This document shows positions 19,084 through 26,867 of a stretch of DNA of 62,325 nt, piece by piece (the first letter of the stretch is position 1; every line of letters starts with the position of its first letter). The stretch is from positions 1 to 62,325 of IMG/VR virus record IMGVR_UViG_3300044676_003050; one strand, written 5' to 3'. The notes beneath the pieces were generated by a model. The model searched no databases. It was not told the DNA's origin and saw nothing but the letters and a program-made list of their open reading frames with translations. The DNA is from a virus (lineage: Duplodnaviria > Caudoviricetes). Made by a program: the position numbers and the translations under genes.

Positions 19084-19839
19084 ATGAGTGAGAACAAACA
19101 GATAGTTGGAGGTCAAGATGACTTACGTGAACAGGCGCTTGAATCTCTATTTGGACAGACTTCAGATGAAAATCTCTTTATTACGGACTTACCATCTAAA
19201 GGTAAATTTTACCCAGGATTCCAGGGCGTTGAAGTTAGTCCTTTAACTTTTATTGACGAGCAAAGTATATTAGGTAATAAGGACCCAAACTCTGACATTG
19301 TCTCTAAGCTTTTAGAAAAATCTGTTAAAGGGGTAGATGTAGAGAATCTTTTATCCATGGATAAAATGTATTTACTCATGAAAGTTCGTGAAGTGTCATA
19401 CGGAGAAGAATACGAATTTAATATTACTTGCCCTTCTTGTAAGGCTGATGTTAAAACCTCTTTGGTGCTTTCTGAGCATTTAAATATGAACGAAGTTCCT
19501 GACGATCTCACAGATCCTAGGGAGGTTCTCCTTCCTAATCTAAAAGTAAAAGCTGAGGTTAGGTTTCCTCGTAGCAGAGAGGAAATATTCTTGAAAGATT
19601 CTGAGACAATCTACAAAAATCTTTATAGGTTTATTAATTCTATAAATGGTAACTCCGACCCCGTGTTTATTTCAAAAGCTTTGAAGCGTATGCACCTGAA
19701 GGATATTAAGAAACTCATAGCAGAGATAAATAAGGGAGAGTATGGTATTGATCCTAGATTTATTTTTGAATGTCCGCAATGCAGCCATGAGGAGACAATG
19801 GCGGTGCCAATGGATGTCAGTTTTTTTTCAGTGAGCTAA
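19084..19839 (+). CDS. gp26-like baseplate hub assembly / tail assembly chaperone
   Basis: LPSKGKFY, PLT..DE..L, D..YLL..R..SYGEEY, two CxxC (CPSC, CPQC), ends MDVSFF. Confidence 0.8.
   Translation: MSENKQIVGGQDDLREQALESLFGQTSDENLFITDLPSKGKFYPGFQGVEVSPLTFIDEQSILGNKDPNSDIVSKLLEKSVKGVDVENLLSMDKMYLLMKVREVSYGEEYEFNITCPSCKADVKTSLVLSEHLNMNEVPDDLTDPREVLLPNLKVKAEVRFPRSREEIFLKDSETIYKNLYRFINSINGNSDPVFISKALKRMHLKDIKKLIAEINKGEYGIDPRFIFECPQCSHEETMAVPMDVSFFSVS
19821..19828 (+). promoter_or_regulatory. Putative -1 ribosomal frameshift site T TTT TTT
   Basis: X XXY YYZ-type heptamer in the correct phase (AGT TTT TTT TCA), shortly before the gp26-like stop; -1 frame open to 20000. Confidence 0.7.
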
Positions 19840-20000
19840 CCGACAGTTTATCCTCTGAGGATCTTCTTTACCAAGCGTATATACTAATAAATAAGGTAGG
19901 CTTATCATACTCTGATGTTAAGAATATGACCAAGCGAGAGCGTTTAGCTTTTGTTAAATTCTACACAGAAGAATTAAAGAAGTCTGGAGAGTTAGCATGA
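19827..20000 (+). CDS. gp51-like -1 frame extension (FSELTDSLSSEDLLYQAYILINKVGLSYSDVKNMTKRERLAFVKFYTEELKKSGELA)
   Basis: Not in ORF track; no ATG/GTG/TTG before the conserved part; SYSDV.NM...ER pattern typical of gp51/GT-like chaperone tails; stop overlaps the next ATG (ATGA). Confidence 0.72.
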   Translation, partial: FSELTDSLSSEDLLYQAYILINKVGLSYSDVKNMTKRERLAFVKFYTEELKKSGELA

Positions 20001-20938
20001 AAATCAACAATAATCAAGTTACCACAAGGCATGAAAGACCTACCGTATTAGGCCCGACTGCCCTTATACTGTATTTCATCAATGATGGGCAGTATGCCGA
20101 TCCTTATGAGATCAGCGGAGTCTCCATCTTTGCTGCTTCGGACAACCAGTCCCCAAGCTCAGTTGTAGGCTCTCATGGGGAAATACTGCCTAGCGTTACC
20201 GGAAGTGTGTTGATGCATTTCTCTAACAGTGCTGCATTGACCACCAACGTAGCTTTTGACCCTAGTAACTACAATGTGCAAGACGCTTCGGGCATCTACA
20301 AACTTTCCACAGGTAAGTATGCAGTTGTCCTGAATGATGTTCAAGACACACCCTATAGCGTTTTTAATCTCTCAGGGAATACTAGTATCTCAAATAGAGT
20401 GTCTGCCACAGGAGACTACATTGATGTCTGGACGCTAAAGAGAAATACAGGGTCAGACCTAGACACAATCATCAACGAGTTTACGTTAACTGAGGATAGG
20501 TTCTTTGGTGTAACAGAACCGTTACTCTTCCGTGTTGCAACCAGACTTGAAAATAACTATCTGGTCCTAGGCTCGAAGGTTGATCTTAAGTTTACCAATG
20601 AGTTCACCTTGGAGAACGCCAACATTGACCGCAGCATCGTAAACCTCTTCAAGCAATCGCTGGTTACTGATCCAATGATTGAGATTTACAAGAAGAATCA
20701 GGATCGTAATTTAGATGCGAGAGTTGAGGTTTCTGGCTACGCTGCAACATCTGGTTTGATGGATGTCACATCTGAAAACACGGTGATCTTCACGTTTGAT
20801 ACAGAATCTCTCAAGACTCACCCAAGCCTTCTTGACGGGACTCTGGGTTCTATGACGGGCACCTATGTCGCAAGACTTAAGTTCAATGCTCTGAACCAGA
20901 CCATCGTATCAAATGACATGGCCTTTATCATACGCTAG
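19997..20938 (+). CDS. Hypothetical probable virion protein (313 aa, beta-rich)
   Basis: Long ORF coupled by ATGA; GIYK.STGKYAVVL and G.Y.D.W strands. Confidence 0.7.
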   Translation: MKINNNQVTTRHERPTVLGPTALILYFINDGQYADPYEISGVSIFAASDNQSPSSVVGSHGEILPSVTGSVLMHFSNSAALTTNVAFDPSNYNVQDASGIYKLSTGKYAVVLNDVQDTPYSVFNLSGNTSISNRVSATGDYIDVWTLKRNTGSDLDTIINEFTLTEDRFFGVTEPLLFRVATRLENNYLVLGSKVDLKFTNEFTLENANIDRSIVNLFKQSLVTDPMIEIYKKNQDRNLDARVEVSGYAATSGLMDVTSENTVIFTFDTESLKTHPSLLDGTLGSMTGTYVARLKFNALNQTIVSNDMAFIIR

Positions 20939-21859
20939 ATACATCAAGTGAAGTGCATCTAGCTTACCGATCTTCTCAGCCTCCGCTCTCAAGAAATCTG
21001 ATCCCTTCTTAACGAGCATCTCATTCCAATCTTTGTAGGGAGTGGTAGGCACAACTGAGAACAGGTCATCTCTCCTGATCCAGTGAGCAAGGTCCATAAA
21101 CTTCTTACGGCCCTTAGTTCCTGCTTCGTCATTGTCGAAAGCACAGACGAGTGGTCCTGTATACTGACTGAGTTGAAGGATCTGCTCACGGCTCGTAAAG
21201 CAGCTTAGAGTCGTCGTAGCGTTCAACCCTACCGCCTGTAGGCTAAGGCAATCAAAGACGCCCTCAGTGACGTACAGGGGCTCCTGAGAGGCGTAATCGA
21301 ACGGGTATAGGACCTGGGAACTCTTGAGGTTCTTACAGTTCAGATATTTGGGCTGCTCATTGCCCAATGCTCGACCTTGGAAGTAGAAGAGCTTACCGTT
21401 CCGGTTGATGAATGGAATGATCAGCCTGCCCTTATACTTTCCACCCGTAGCCGTGTAGAACTTGAACTGATCTACTCCACGCGACTGCACGAAGGGGTGA
21501 TCGTGAACAACCTCAAAGTGTTGTGACTCGTCGAGGTCGGAATCAATCTCATTAGGATCAAACTGTTCTACTGGCCTCCGACCTTTGTAGCCTGCCATGA
21601 AGTCCTCGAAGACAAACTTCTCGTATGCTTCACGGTAGCTACACTTCTCAAGGACAGCATACAGCTTGAGGAAGTTGCCAGTTTCACCAGTCTTAAAGCA
21701 ACGCCACAATCCCGTCTCCATGTTGATAGACATGTGACGTTTGTAATCGTTTGTTACAAAGATAGAGGGAACTACAAGCTCGGTATCGTCGCTCTGGAGT
21801 CTATAATTAGACTGGAACTTGTCCAAGCAGTATTTTCTAATGAAGGAATCAGAGCCCAT
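20909..21859 (-). CDS. dnaG: DnaG-type (Toprim) DNA primase, probable start MGSDSFIRK
   Basis: GRLIIPF, FQGRAL...PKYLN, YVTEGVFD, AFDNDEAG, KDWNE; degenerate N-terminal zinc-binding domain. Confidence 0.9.
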   Translation of the reverse strand: MGSDSFIRKYCLDKFQSNYRLQSDDTELVVPSIFVTNDYKRHMSINMETGLWRCFKTGETGNFLKLYAVLEKCSYREAYEKFVFEDFMAGYKGRRPVEQFDPNEIDSDLDESQHFEVVHDHPFVQSRGVDQFKFYTATGGKYKGRLIIPFINRNGKLFYFQGRALGNEQPKYLNCKNLKSSQVLYPFDYASQEPLYVTEGVFDCLSLQAVGLNATTTLSCFTSREQILQLSQYTGPLVCAFDNDEAGTKGRKKFMDLAHWIRRDDLFSVVPTTPYKDWNEMLVKKGSDFLRAEAEKIGKLDALHLMYLAYDKGHVI

Positions 21860-22640
21860 GTTCATAAATAGTATTAGTGCCTCTAAGAGTGACATTATAG
21901 ACCAGTGCCTGTGGAAGTACAGACTGAAATACATCTTAAAGCTGCCGGGATTCGGCTCGAAGAATGAAGACGCTTTGAACTTCGGATCCTTTATACACAA
22001 GATATTTGAGCTTGGCTATAAAGAGAAGGACATGAAGTCCTTGCTTAAGATCGCGGAACAGGAACGCTCAACTTACAAAGTTCCTTTCCATGAGAACGAT
22101 AGGATGAAGTCCTGCCTGGAGAACTTCATCGTCTGGAACAACGGGCTTGGCGAGACGATGTCCACAGAGCAGACTGTCAATGTCCCTCTTGATGAGAAGC
22201 ACGACATCAACTTCATTGGTGTTATCGACCGTGTCATCAAGGGCAAGGATGGCGGATATCTGGTCGTGGACTACAAGACCTCCAAGAGGGAAAAGAAGAA
22301 GAAGACCCTCATGGATGATAACCAGTTAAAGGGTTACGCATGGGCAATCCACATGCTTTATGATGTCCCCTACGACAAGATCTATTGTGCTCACTACTAC
22401 CCTGTCACTGGAAACTTCGTGGCTGTGAAGTTTACCAAGTTCCAAATCGAACGATGGAAGAAGATGCAGACTGAGAAGGTCTGGCGCATCCGTAAGAAGA
22501 AGAAGGATGAGTTCTGGGCTCAGGAGAACATCTTCTGCGACTGGTGTGAGTATAAGGATGCTTGCCCTAAGTTCAACTCAGAAGAGACTGTCTGCAAGCG
22601 GATTGATGAGCAGAAAGAGCTTAAGAAAAAGAATAGCTAG
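21858..22640 (+). CDS. PD-(D/E)xK exonuclease, Cas4/AddB/RecB-like, with Fe-S cysteines; probable start MFINSISAS
   Basis: SAS.....QC..KY, GSFIHKIFE, GVIDRV, VVDYKTS, QL..YA, C-terminal CDWCEYKDAC; AAGGA SD before 21858. Confidence 0.88.
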   Translation: MFINSISASKSDIIDQCLWKYRLKYILKLPGFGSKNEDALNFGSFIHKIFELGYKEKDMKSLLKIAEQERSTYKVPFHENDRMKSCLENFIVWNNGLGETMSTEQTVNVPLDEKHDINFIGVIDRVIKGKDGGYLVVDYKTSKREKKKKTLMDDNQLKGYAWAIHMLYDVPYDKIYCAHYYPVTGNFVAVKFTKFQIERWKKMQTEKVWRIRKKKKDEFWAQENIFCDWCEYKDACPKFNSEETVCKRIDEQKELKKKNS

Positions 22641-22773
22641 TTAGGAACTTAAACAAGAAGAACAGTACGAACGCCAGTGTAATAGGATCCCATTCTCCGT
22701 AGGCTCCAGGGTCGTAACCGTTCTTAGCTTTGAAGTTGGCGCGGTAGATTTGATCTTCGGTGTTGTTGTTCAT
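22621..22773 (-). CDS. 50-aa protein with C-terminal hydrophobic segment (MNNNTEDQIYRANFKAKNGYDPGAYGEWDPITLAFVLFFLFKFLTSYSFS)
   Basis: Not in ORF track; ATGA-coupled to the upstream minus-strand gene; fills the gap. Confidence 0.65.
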   Translation of the reverse strand: MNNNTEDQIYRANFKAKNGYDPGAYGEWDPITLAFVLFFLFKFLTSYSFS

Positions 22774-23063
22774 GTCAAGTCTTTGATTTGTCCTCTGATA
22801 ATAGGGAAGTAGATCTCGTAGTCAATATCTTCTAGGAAAGATTTTATAACTTCTTCGTTAAATCCTGAGTCTACGACTAAGAATTTGTAAACAGTCTGTA
22901 GCTTGAGTGGTTTACGAGTATCTAAAGACTTTAGTAATCTAAGTTGATAAAGACTAGGTAGTCTTTTTCCATATTTAAAACTCCACTTATCAATAAAGTC
23001 ACTGGAGAAAGTAAAGTTCAGTAAATCAATAGTTTCAACTAAATCTTCTTCTAATGTGTTCAT
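22770..23063 (-). CDS. Hypothetical protein (97 aa)
   Basis: ORF with CTATT motif upstream and coupled downstream gene. Confidence 0.75.
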   Translation of the reverse strand: MNTLEEDLVETIDLLNFTFSSDFIDKWSFKYGKRLPSLYQLRLLKSLDTRKPLKLQTVYKFLVVDSGFNEEVIKSFLEDIDYEIYFPIIRGQIKDLT

Positions 23064-23067
23064 CTTT

Positions 23068-23112
23068 TATAAATAGTTATAGAGCGAAGCCTTCTAGGAT
23101 ATTCACTAAATA
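23068..23112 (+). promoter_or_regulatory. Putative late promoters TATAAATA (23068-23075) and CTAAATA (23106-23112) for the tail/baseplate operon
   Basis: Exact T4 gp55 consensus in one of the few intergenic gaps, ahead of a ~31-kb co-oriented cluster. Confidence 0.65.
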
Positions 23113-23136
23113 TTGTAGATTTACTAAAATATTACA

Positions 23137-23535
23137 ATGACCCTTTCTTTGATTCCTGAATTAAGAGACCGACTACTCAGCAAGGATTACGAAGCTAAAT
23201 CTACTTCCTATGCAGGTTTAAGACCTGGGGACCTTATTCAATTCATTTACGCTGGTGTTACAAGATATGGGTTTATTTTAGGATCTGACTACAAACCTAC
23301 AGGAATCATCTACTCCACCAGAGGTAAGTCTTTAAACTACGTCATGGTTACTGATTCGTTAGGAGACGACGAATTCAATTACTTGCTAAATAATATATAC
23401 GGAGATGAGCTAAAAGCTAGATATGACCGTTTGAAAGAGGATGGCTTTGTGGGAACAGTGTCCAACTTCAGAACTATGCAGTTGTTAGGCATAACTTCAA
23501 TAATTAAAATACTTATAGTCCCAGAAGATGAGTAA
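23137..23535 (+). CDS. Hypothetical protein, weak resemblance to gp2-like DNA end protector
   Basis: LRPGDLIQFIY and Y..LK...FRT patterns; similarity judged by eye only. Confidence 0.4.
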   Translation: MTLSLIPELRDRLLSKDYEAKSTSYAGLRPGDLIQFIYAGVTRYGFILGSDYKPTGIIYSTRGKSLNYVMVTDSLGDDEFNYLLNNIYGDELKARYDRLKEDGFVGTVSNFRTMQLLGITSIIKILIVPEDE

Positions 23536-25558
23536 TACTAACTTACCCCCTAATATTGAAGGTGCCTTAGGCGACGCTTCCTCTAAACTTAATGAGTTGT
23601 CGAGAGGATTAGGTAAACAGTTAGATCTGATTACAAATTTTAATAAGGAATTAAGAGACTTCAATAAAAGTGTAAGAGTCGGTAATAAGGGTATGGGTGC
23701 ATTAGCGAAGCCTCTTGATGCTTTGCGTAAATCCGTAGACGCTCTAAACAGAACACTGGCTGCTCAAATCCGTGTAATGGTAGACGCATTTTTAAGTCGT
23801 GATATACTCAAAAACAGGAAGTATCAACCGGCGGCTCCACCAAAAGGCCCAGGAGGCCCAGGAGGCCCAGGAGGCCCAGGAGGCCCAGGCGGTTCAGACG
23901 ATGATGATTCCCCACCACCTAGAAGTAAAACTTACATAGAGAATGAGTTTATTAGAGTAGTAGACGCAAACACACAATCCGTTAAAAGTTTAGTCACGAG
24001 TAATATACAATATTTTAATATTGGAAACAATGTAGTGAAAGCCTTTCAAGACTTTGAAAAACTTCAAATTCAAAGTTTAGGAATGGGTATTGATTACAAT
24101 AAGTTTTTAGAGCAAAATAGCGAGGCGTTAGATTCCACTAGAGTTAGTCAGGCACAACTAAGAGAAGTTATGGTCAGTAACTTCGCAGCGGGCATTAAGA
24201 TGAACTCAAGAGAGTTACAAAATCTTAATGAAGAGATGATCGCTACCGGGCAGGACACCCAGGGCCTTCAGGCGGTTAACGCTAACTTATTAGCTCTAAC
24301 AGGTAAAAACACCTCTACAGTAAGTCTACTGTCTAGAGTAAACAAAGAAGTTAGTGATCAGTATCAAATAAGTAATGACAGGCTTGTAAAAACAATGCAA
24401 GCTCTTAGTGACAACCTTGAGCAAGCATCTTTCTTTGGACCTCAAGCGGTAGAATCTGTAGGTAGATTGGGTCAGGAACTTCAAGGTGTTTTAGGCGTTG
24501 ACATGCCAAGAGAGATAAACACAGTATTATCTCTCATTCAGCCTTCTATTGACAACTTAGGTAAGCAAGTTCTTTTAGGTATTGAAGGTCTTCCCAATCA
24601 GCTAGTTAACGGAGTTCCTCAAATATCAGATCTGGAGCCTATGTTTAGGAAGGTTCTTAAGGTCACTGCTGAAGCTCAGGCTAACAACCTAGCGACTGCA
24701 AACACGGTTGCTGCTGGTCAGCTTGGAGTTAGTGAACAACAATTAAGAGCTATACAGCGTGTCGCAGAAGGTGTTTTAAATGGTAACACATTCCAATCCG
24801 AGTTAGCTAAGAAACAAGAAGAAGAGTTTAATACTGTTAAACAACTTAGGGAAAGACAATTAGACTGGTTCACGAATGCGGGTCCTAAGATGTATGAAGT
24901 AGTACGAGAACACACTCCTATATTAAATAATATGTCTCTCGGTCTTAATGCATTAGCATTGGCTGTAGGTGCGGGCCAAGCTGCTAGTAACCTTACATCA
25001 CTAATACCGGGAGGTATAGGAGGTCTAGGGGCTAAAGTAGGAGGTTTGAAAGGTGCTATGAAACACCTTGGTAAAGGTGGAATCGGTGCACTAGCCTTTG
25101 CCGGGGCTGATTACGCTATGAACCCCGAAAGCTTTAATGCAGCGGGCGCGGTCGGTGGCGGTCTAGGGGCAGCTATTGGAACAATGTTATTACCAGGGGT
25201 TGGAACTATAATCGGAGGTTCCCTTGGTTCGATGGCTGGTGAACTGCTATTTCCTCTTGAAGAAATAAAAAATAATACACAAGATAGCGCTCAAGCAGCC
25301 AAAGCGCAAGAGGAACGGCAAAAACAAATTGATAATGAACGACGAGCAGCCGCTGCCGCAAATAGGAAAGAAGCGTCTGAACTTGCTTTTTTTGCTAACT
25401 TCATACGGCAAAATGTAGAACAAGATCCTCTTAGGGTTGAAGGACTTAAGGATGTGTTGAATAGACTTACTATTCAACTGACTAGAGCAAATAATGCGGC
25501 AGTAGGTAGCCCTAGACCTCCTGCTACCCCAACATCAAATCCAGGTCAAAGTAGGTAA
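23528..25558 (+). CDS. Tape measure-like protein (676 aa)
   Basis: Long helical/coiled-coil body, Gly/Ala-rich hydrophobic GAAIGTMLLPGVGTIIGG segment, position before tube-initiator/LysM/hub genes. Confidence 0.75.
   Translation: MSNTNLPPNIEGALGDASSKLNELSRGLGKQLDLITNFNKELRDFNKSVRVGNKGMGALAKPLDALRKSVDALNRTLAAQIRVMVDAFLSRDILKNRKYQPAAPPKGPGGPGGPGGPGGPGGSDDDDSPPPRSKTYIENEFIRVVDANTQSVKSLVTSNIQYFNIGNNVVKAFQDFEKLQIQSLGMGIDYNKFLEQNSEALDSTRVSQAQLREVMVSNFAAGIKMNSRELQNLNEEMIATGQDTQGLQAVNANLLALTGKNTSTVSLLSRVNKEVSDQYQISNDRLVKTMQALSDNLEQASFFGPQAVESVGRLGQELQGVLGVDMPREINTVLSLIQPSIDNLGKQVLLGIEGLPNQLVNGVPQISDLEPMFRKVLKVTAEAQANNLATANTVAAGQLGVSEQQLRAIQRVAEGVLNGNTFQSELAKKQEEEFNTVKQLRERQLDWFTNAGPKMYEVVREHTPILNNMSLGLNALALAVGAGQAASNLTSLIPGGIGGLGAKVGGLKGAMKHLGKGGIGALAFAGADYAMNPESFNAAGAVGGGLGAAIGTMLLPGVGTIIGGSLGSMAGELLFPLEEIKNNTQDSAQAAKAQEERQKQIDNERRAAAAANRKEASELAFFANFIRQNVEQDPLRVEGLKDVLNRLTIQLTRANNAAVGSPRPPATPTSNPGQSR
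23846..23890 (+). repeat. 9-bp tandem repeat (GGCCCAGGA)x4 + GGCCCAGGC encoding (GPG)5
   Basis: Read directly from the sequence. Confidence 0.97.
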
Positions 25559-25560
25559 TC

Positions 25561-26586
25561 ATGGCAGCTTTTAATAAAAACAAAAGAAAACTCCACGATA
25601 GATCTCATCTAACTTTAGAGTTTCCTCAGTCTAATGACAGGGTTATAAGAACTTACATCCCTTTCCTAGAGAATCCAATCATATCTGAGAAAGGATCAGC
25701 CAACTTAAACTCGTATAATCTCGTAGGTAGGGCTGGAGAACTCTTTGCATACGGGGGTGCTCAGTCTAGAAGATTGACTGTAACATTTAATATCAGTCTT
25801 CTACATGTAATGGAAGTAGACTCTGAAGAAGGGATAGCAGATCACTTCAAGAGACAGTTTCAACTATACTTCACTAGCGAAGATGCTAAAAATGCTTTTA
25901 AGCTTAGGAAAGAAGAAAGGAAAAAAGAAGAAGAGACCAGAGATATTAGATTAGGCGAGGGAATTTTCGATCCCCAGGACTTTGACATTTTAGGTGGTCA
26001 AGGAGCGGTTGAAGGCTCAGAATACGACTTTGCAATTTCTCAGAACGATGAAACCACAGGTGCTTTAGGCAGACAACATGCAGCCAGACACAGAGCTTAC
26101 TACAGAAGAATAGCAGGATTAGTTCAAGGTGATCCAGAAGTAGAAGGTGAAGACTTCTCAAACATCCTAAGGGGAGACGCTGAAATTAAACAAAGTCAAT
26201 TACAGAGAGAGAATAATAAACATATTGATTTAGTTTATTGTTGGCTTAACCTTATTAGAGCTTCTGTGTTAAACAGATCGGATAATACAGTTTATGGACC
26301 TCCGATTGTTAGACTCACCCACGGTCCTATGTATGGCAACGTCCCTTGCTTAGTTGAAAACTATAGTGTTAAGGTTCTTGAGGAAGCTGGGTATGAAGCT
26401 CAAACTTTAACTCCTAAGCGTATTCAAGTAAGCTTAAGTTTAGTTGAATCTAGAACTGGTGACTTTGGTAAATACGTCGGCGGTCAAATTATAGCAGGAG
26501 ATAACTTGACTGGTTGGGAGTCTATAATAAGTAATAATGAGATAGACCCATATAATGGGGGAGTAAGTGATTATGCCGTCTTATAA
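25561..26586 (+). CDS. Baseplate tail-tube initiator (gp48/gp54-like)
   Basis: PFLENP.ISE, Y..VGR.....Y....SR.L.V.F, GPPIVRL..G..Y..VPC...NYSV; follows tape measure. Confidence 0.65.
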   Translation: MAAFNKNKRKLHDRSHLTLEFPQSNDRVIRTYIPFLENPIISEKGSANLNSYNLVGRAGELFAYGGAQSRRLTVTFNISLLHVMEVDSEEGIADHFKRQFQLYFTSEDAKNAFKLRKEERKKEEETRDIRLGEGIFDPQDFDILGGQGAVEGSEYDFAISQNDETTGALGRQHAARHRAYYRRIAGLVQGDPEVEGEDFSNILRGDAEIKQSQLQRENNKHIDLVYCWLNLIRASVLNRSDNTVYGPPIVRLTHGPMYGNVPCLVENYSVKVLEEAGYEAQTLTPKRIQVSLSLVESRTGDFGKYVGGQIIAGDNLTGWESIISNNEIDPYNGGVSDYAVL

Positions 26587-26866
26587 CAATCATCTTAAAG
26601 CTGGATACAGTCAAGTCTTGCACAAAAATAAAATTGCTGTTACTAGCCTAAACTCTACCTCATTCAAGGACTTCATTAAGTCTTTGGACAGTCTTGGTTA
26701 CCGTGTAGGCGTGATTCCTCCTGGCTACGAACACAGGGCAGATAAAATCTCTAATCTATTTTACGAGACTCCTACATTGGACTGGCTTATATGTTGGACT
26801 AATAATATCTCTGACCCATTTCAGCAGTTAAACGTTGGAGATAGAATTAGAATCGCGGATCTGTAA
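26573..26866 (+). CDS. LysM-like baseplate wedge protein (gp53/gpX-like)
   Basis: HRADKISNLFY..P.L.W.I...NNI.DPF..L.VG..IRI. Confidence 0.85.
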   Translation: MPSYNNHLKAGYSQVLHKNKIAVTSLNSTSFKDFIKSLDSLGYRVGVIPPGYEHRADKISNLFYETPTLDWLICWTNNISDPFQQLNVGDRIRIADL

Positions 26867-26867
26867 G

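Noticed and set aside
21860-22000. Long N-terminal extensions of primase (to 22000), nuclease (21819), GT (10111) and hub (26835) in the ORF track
   Set aside because: They overlap other real genes; domain starts and upstream motifs favour the shorter starts
23846-23890. Collagen triple-helix domain
   Set aside because: Only five GPG units, too short and Gly-rich; treated as a microsatellite linker
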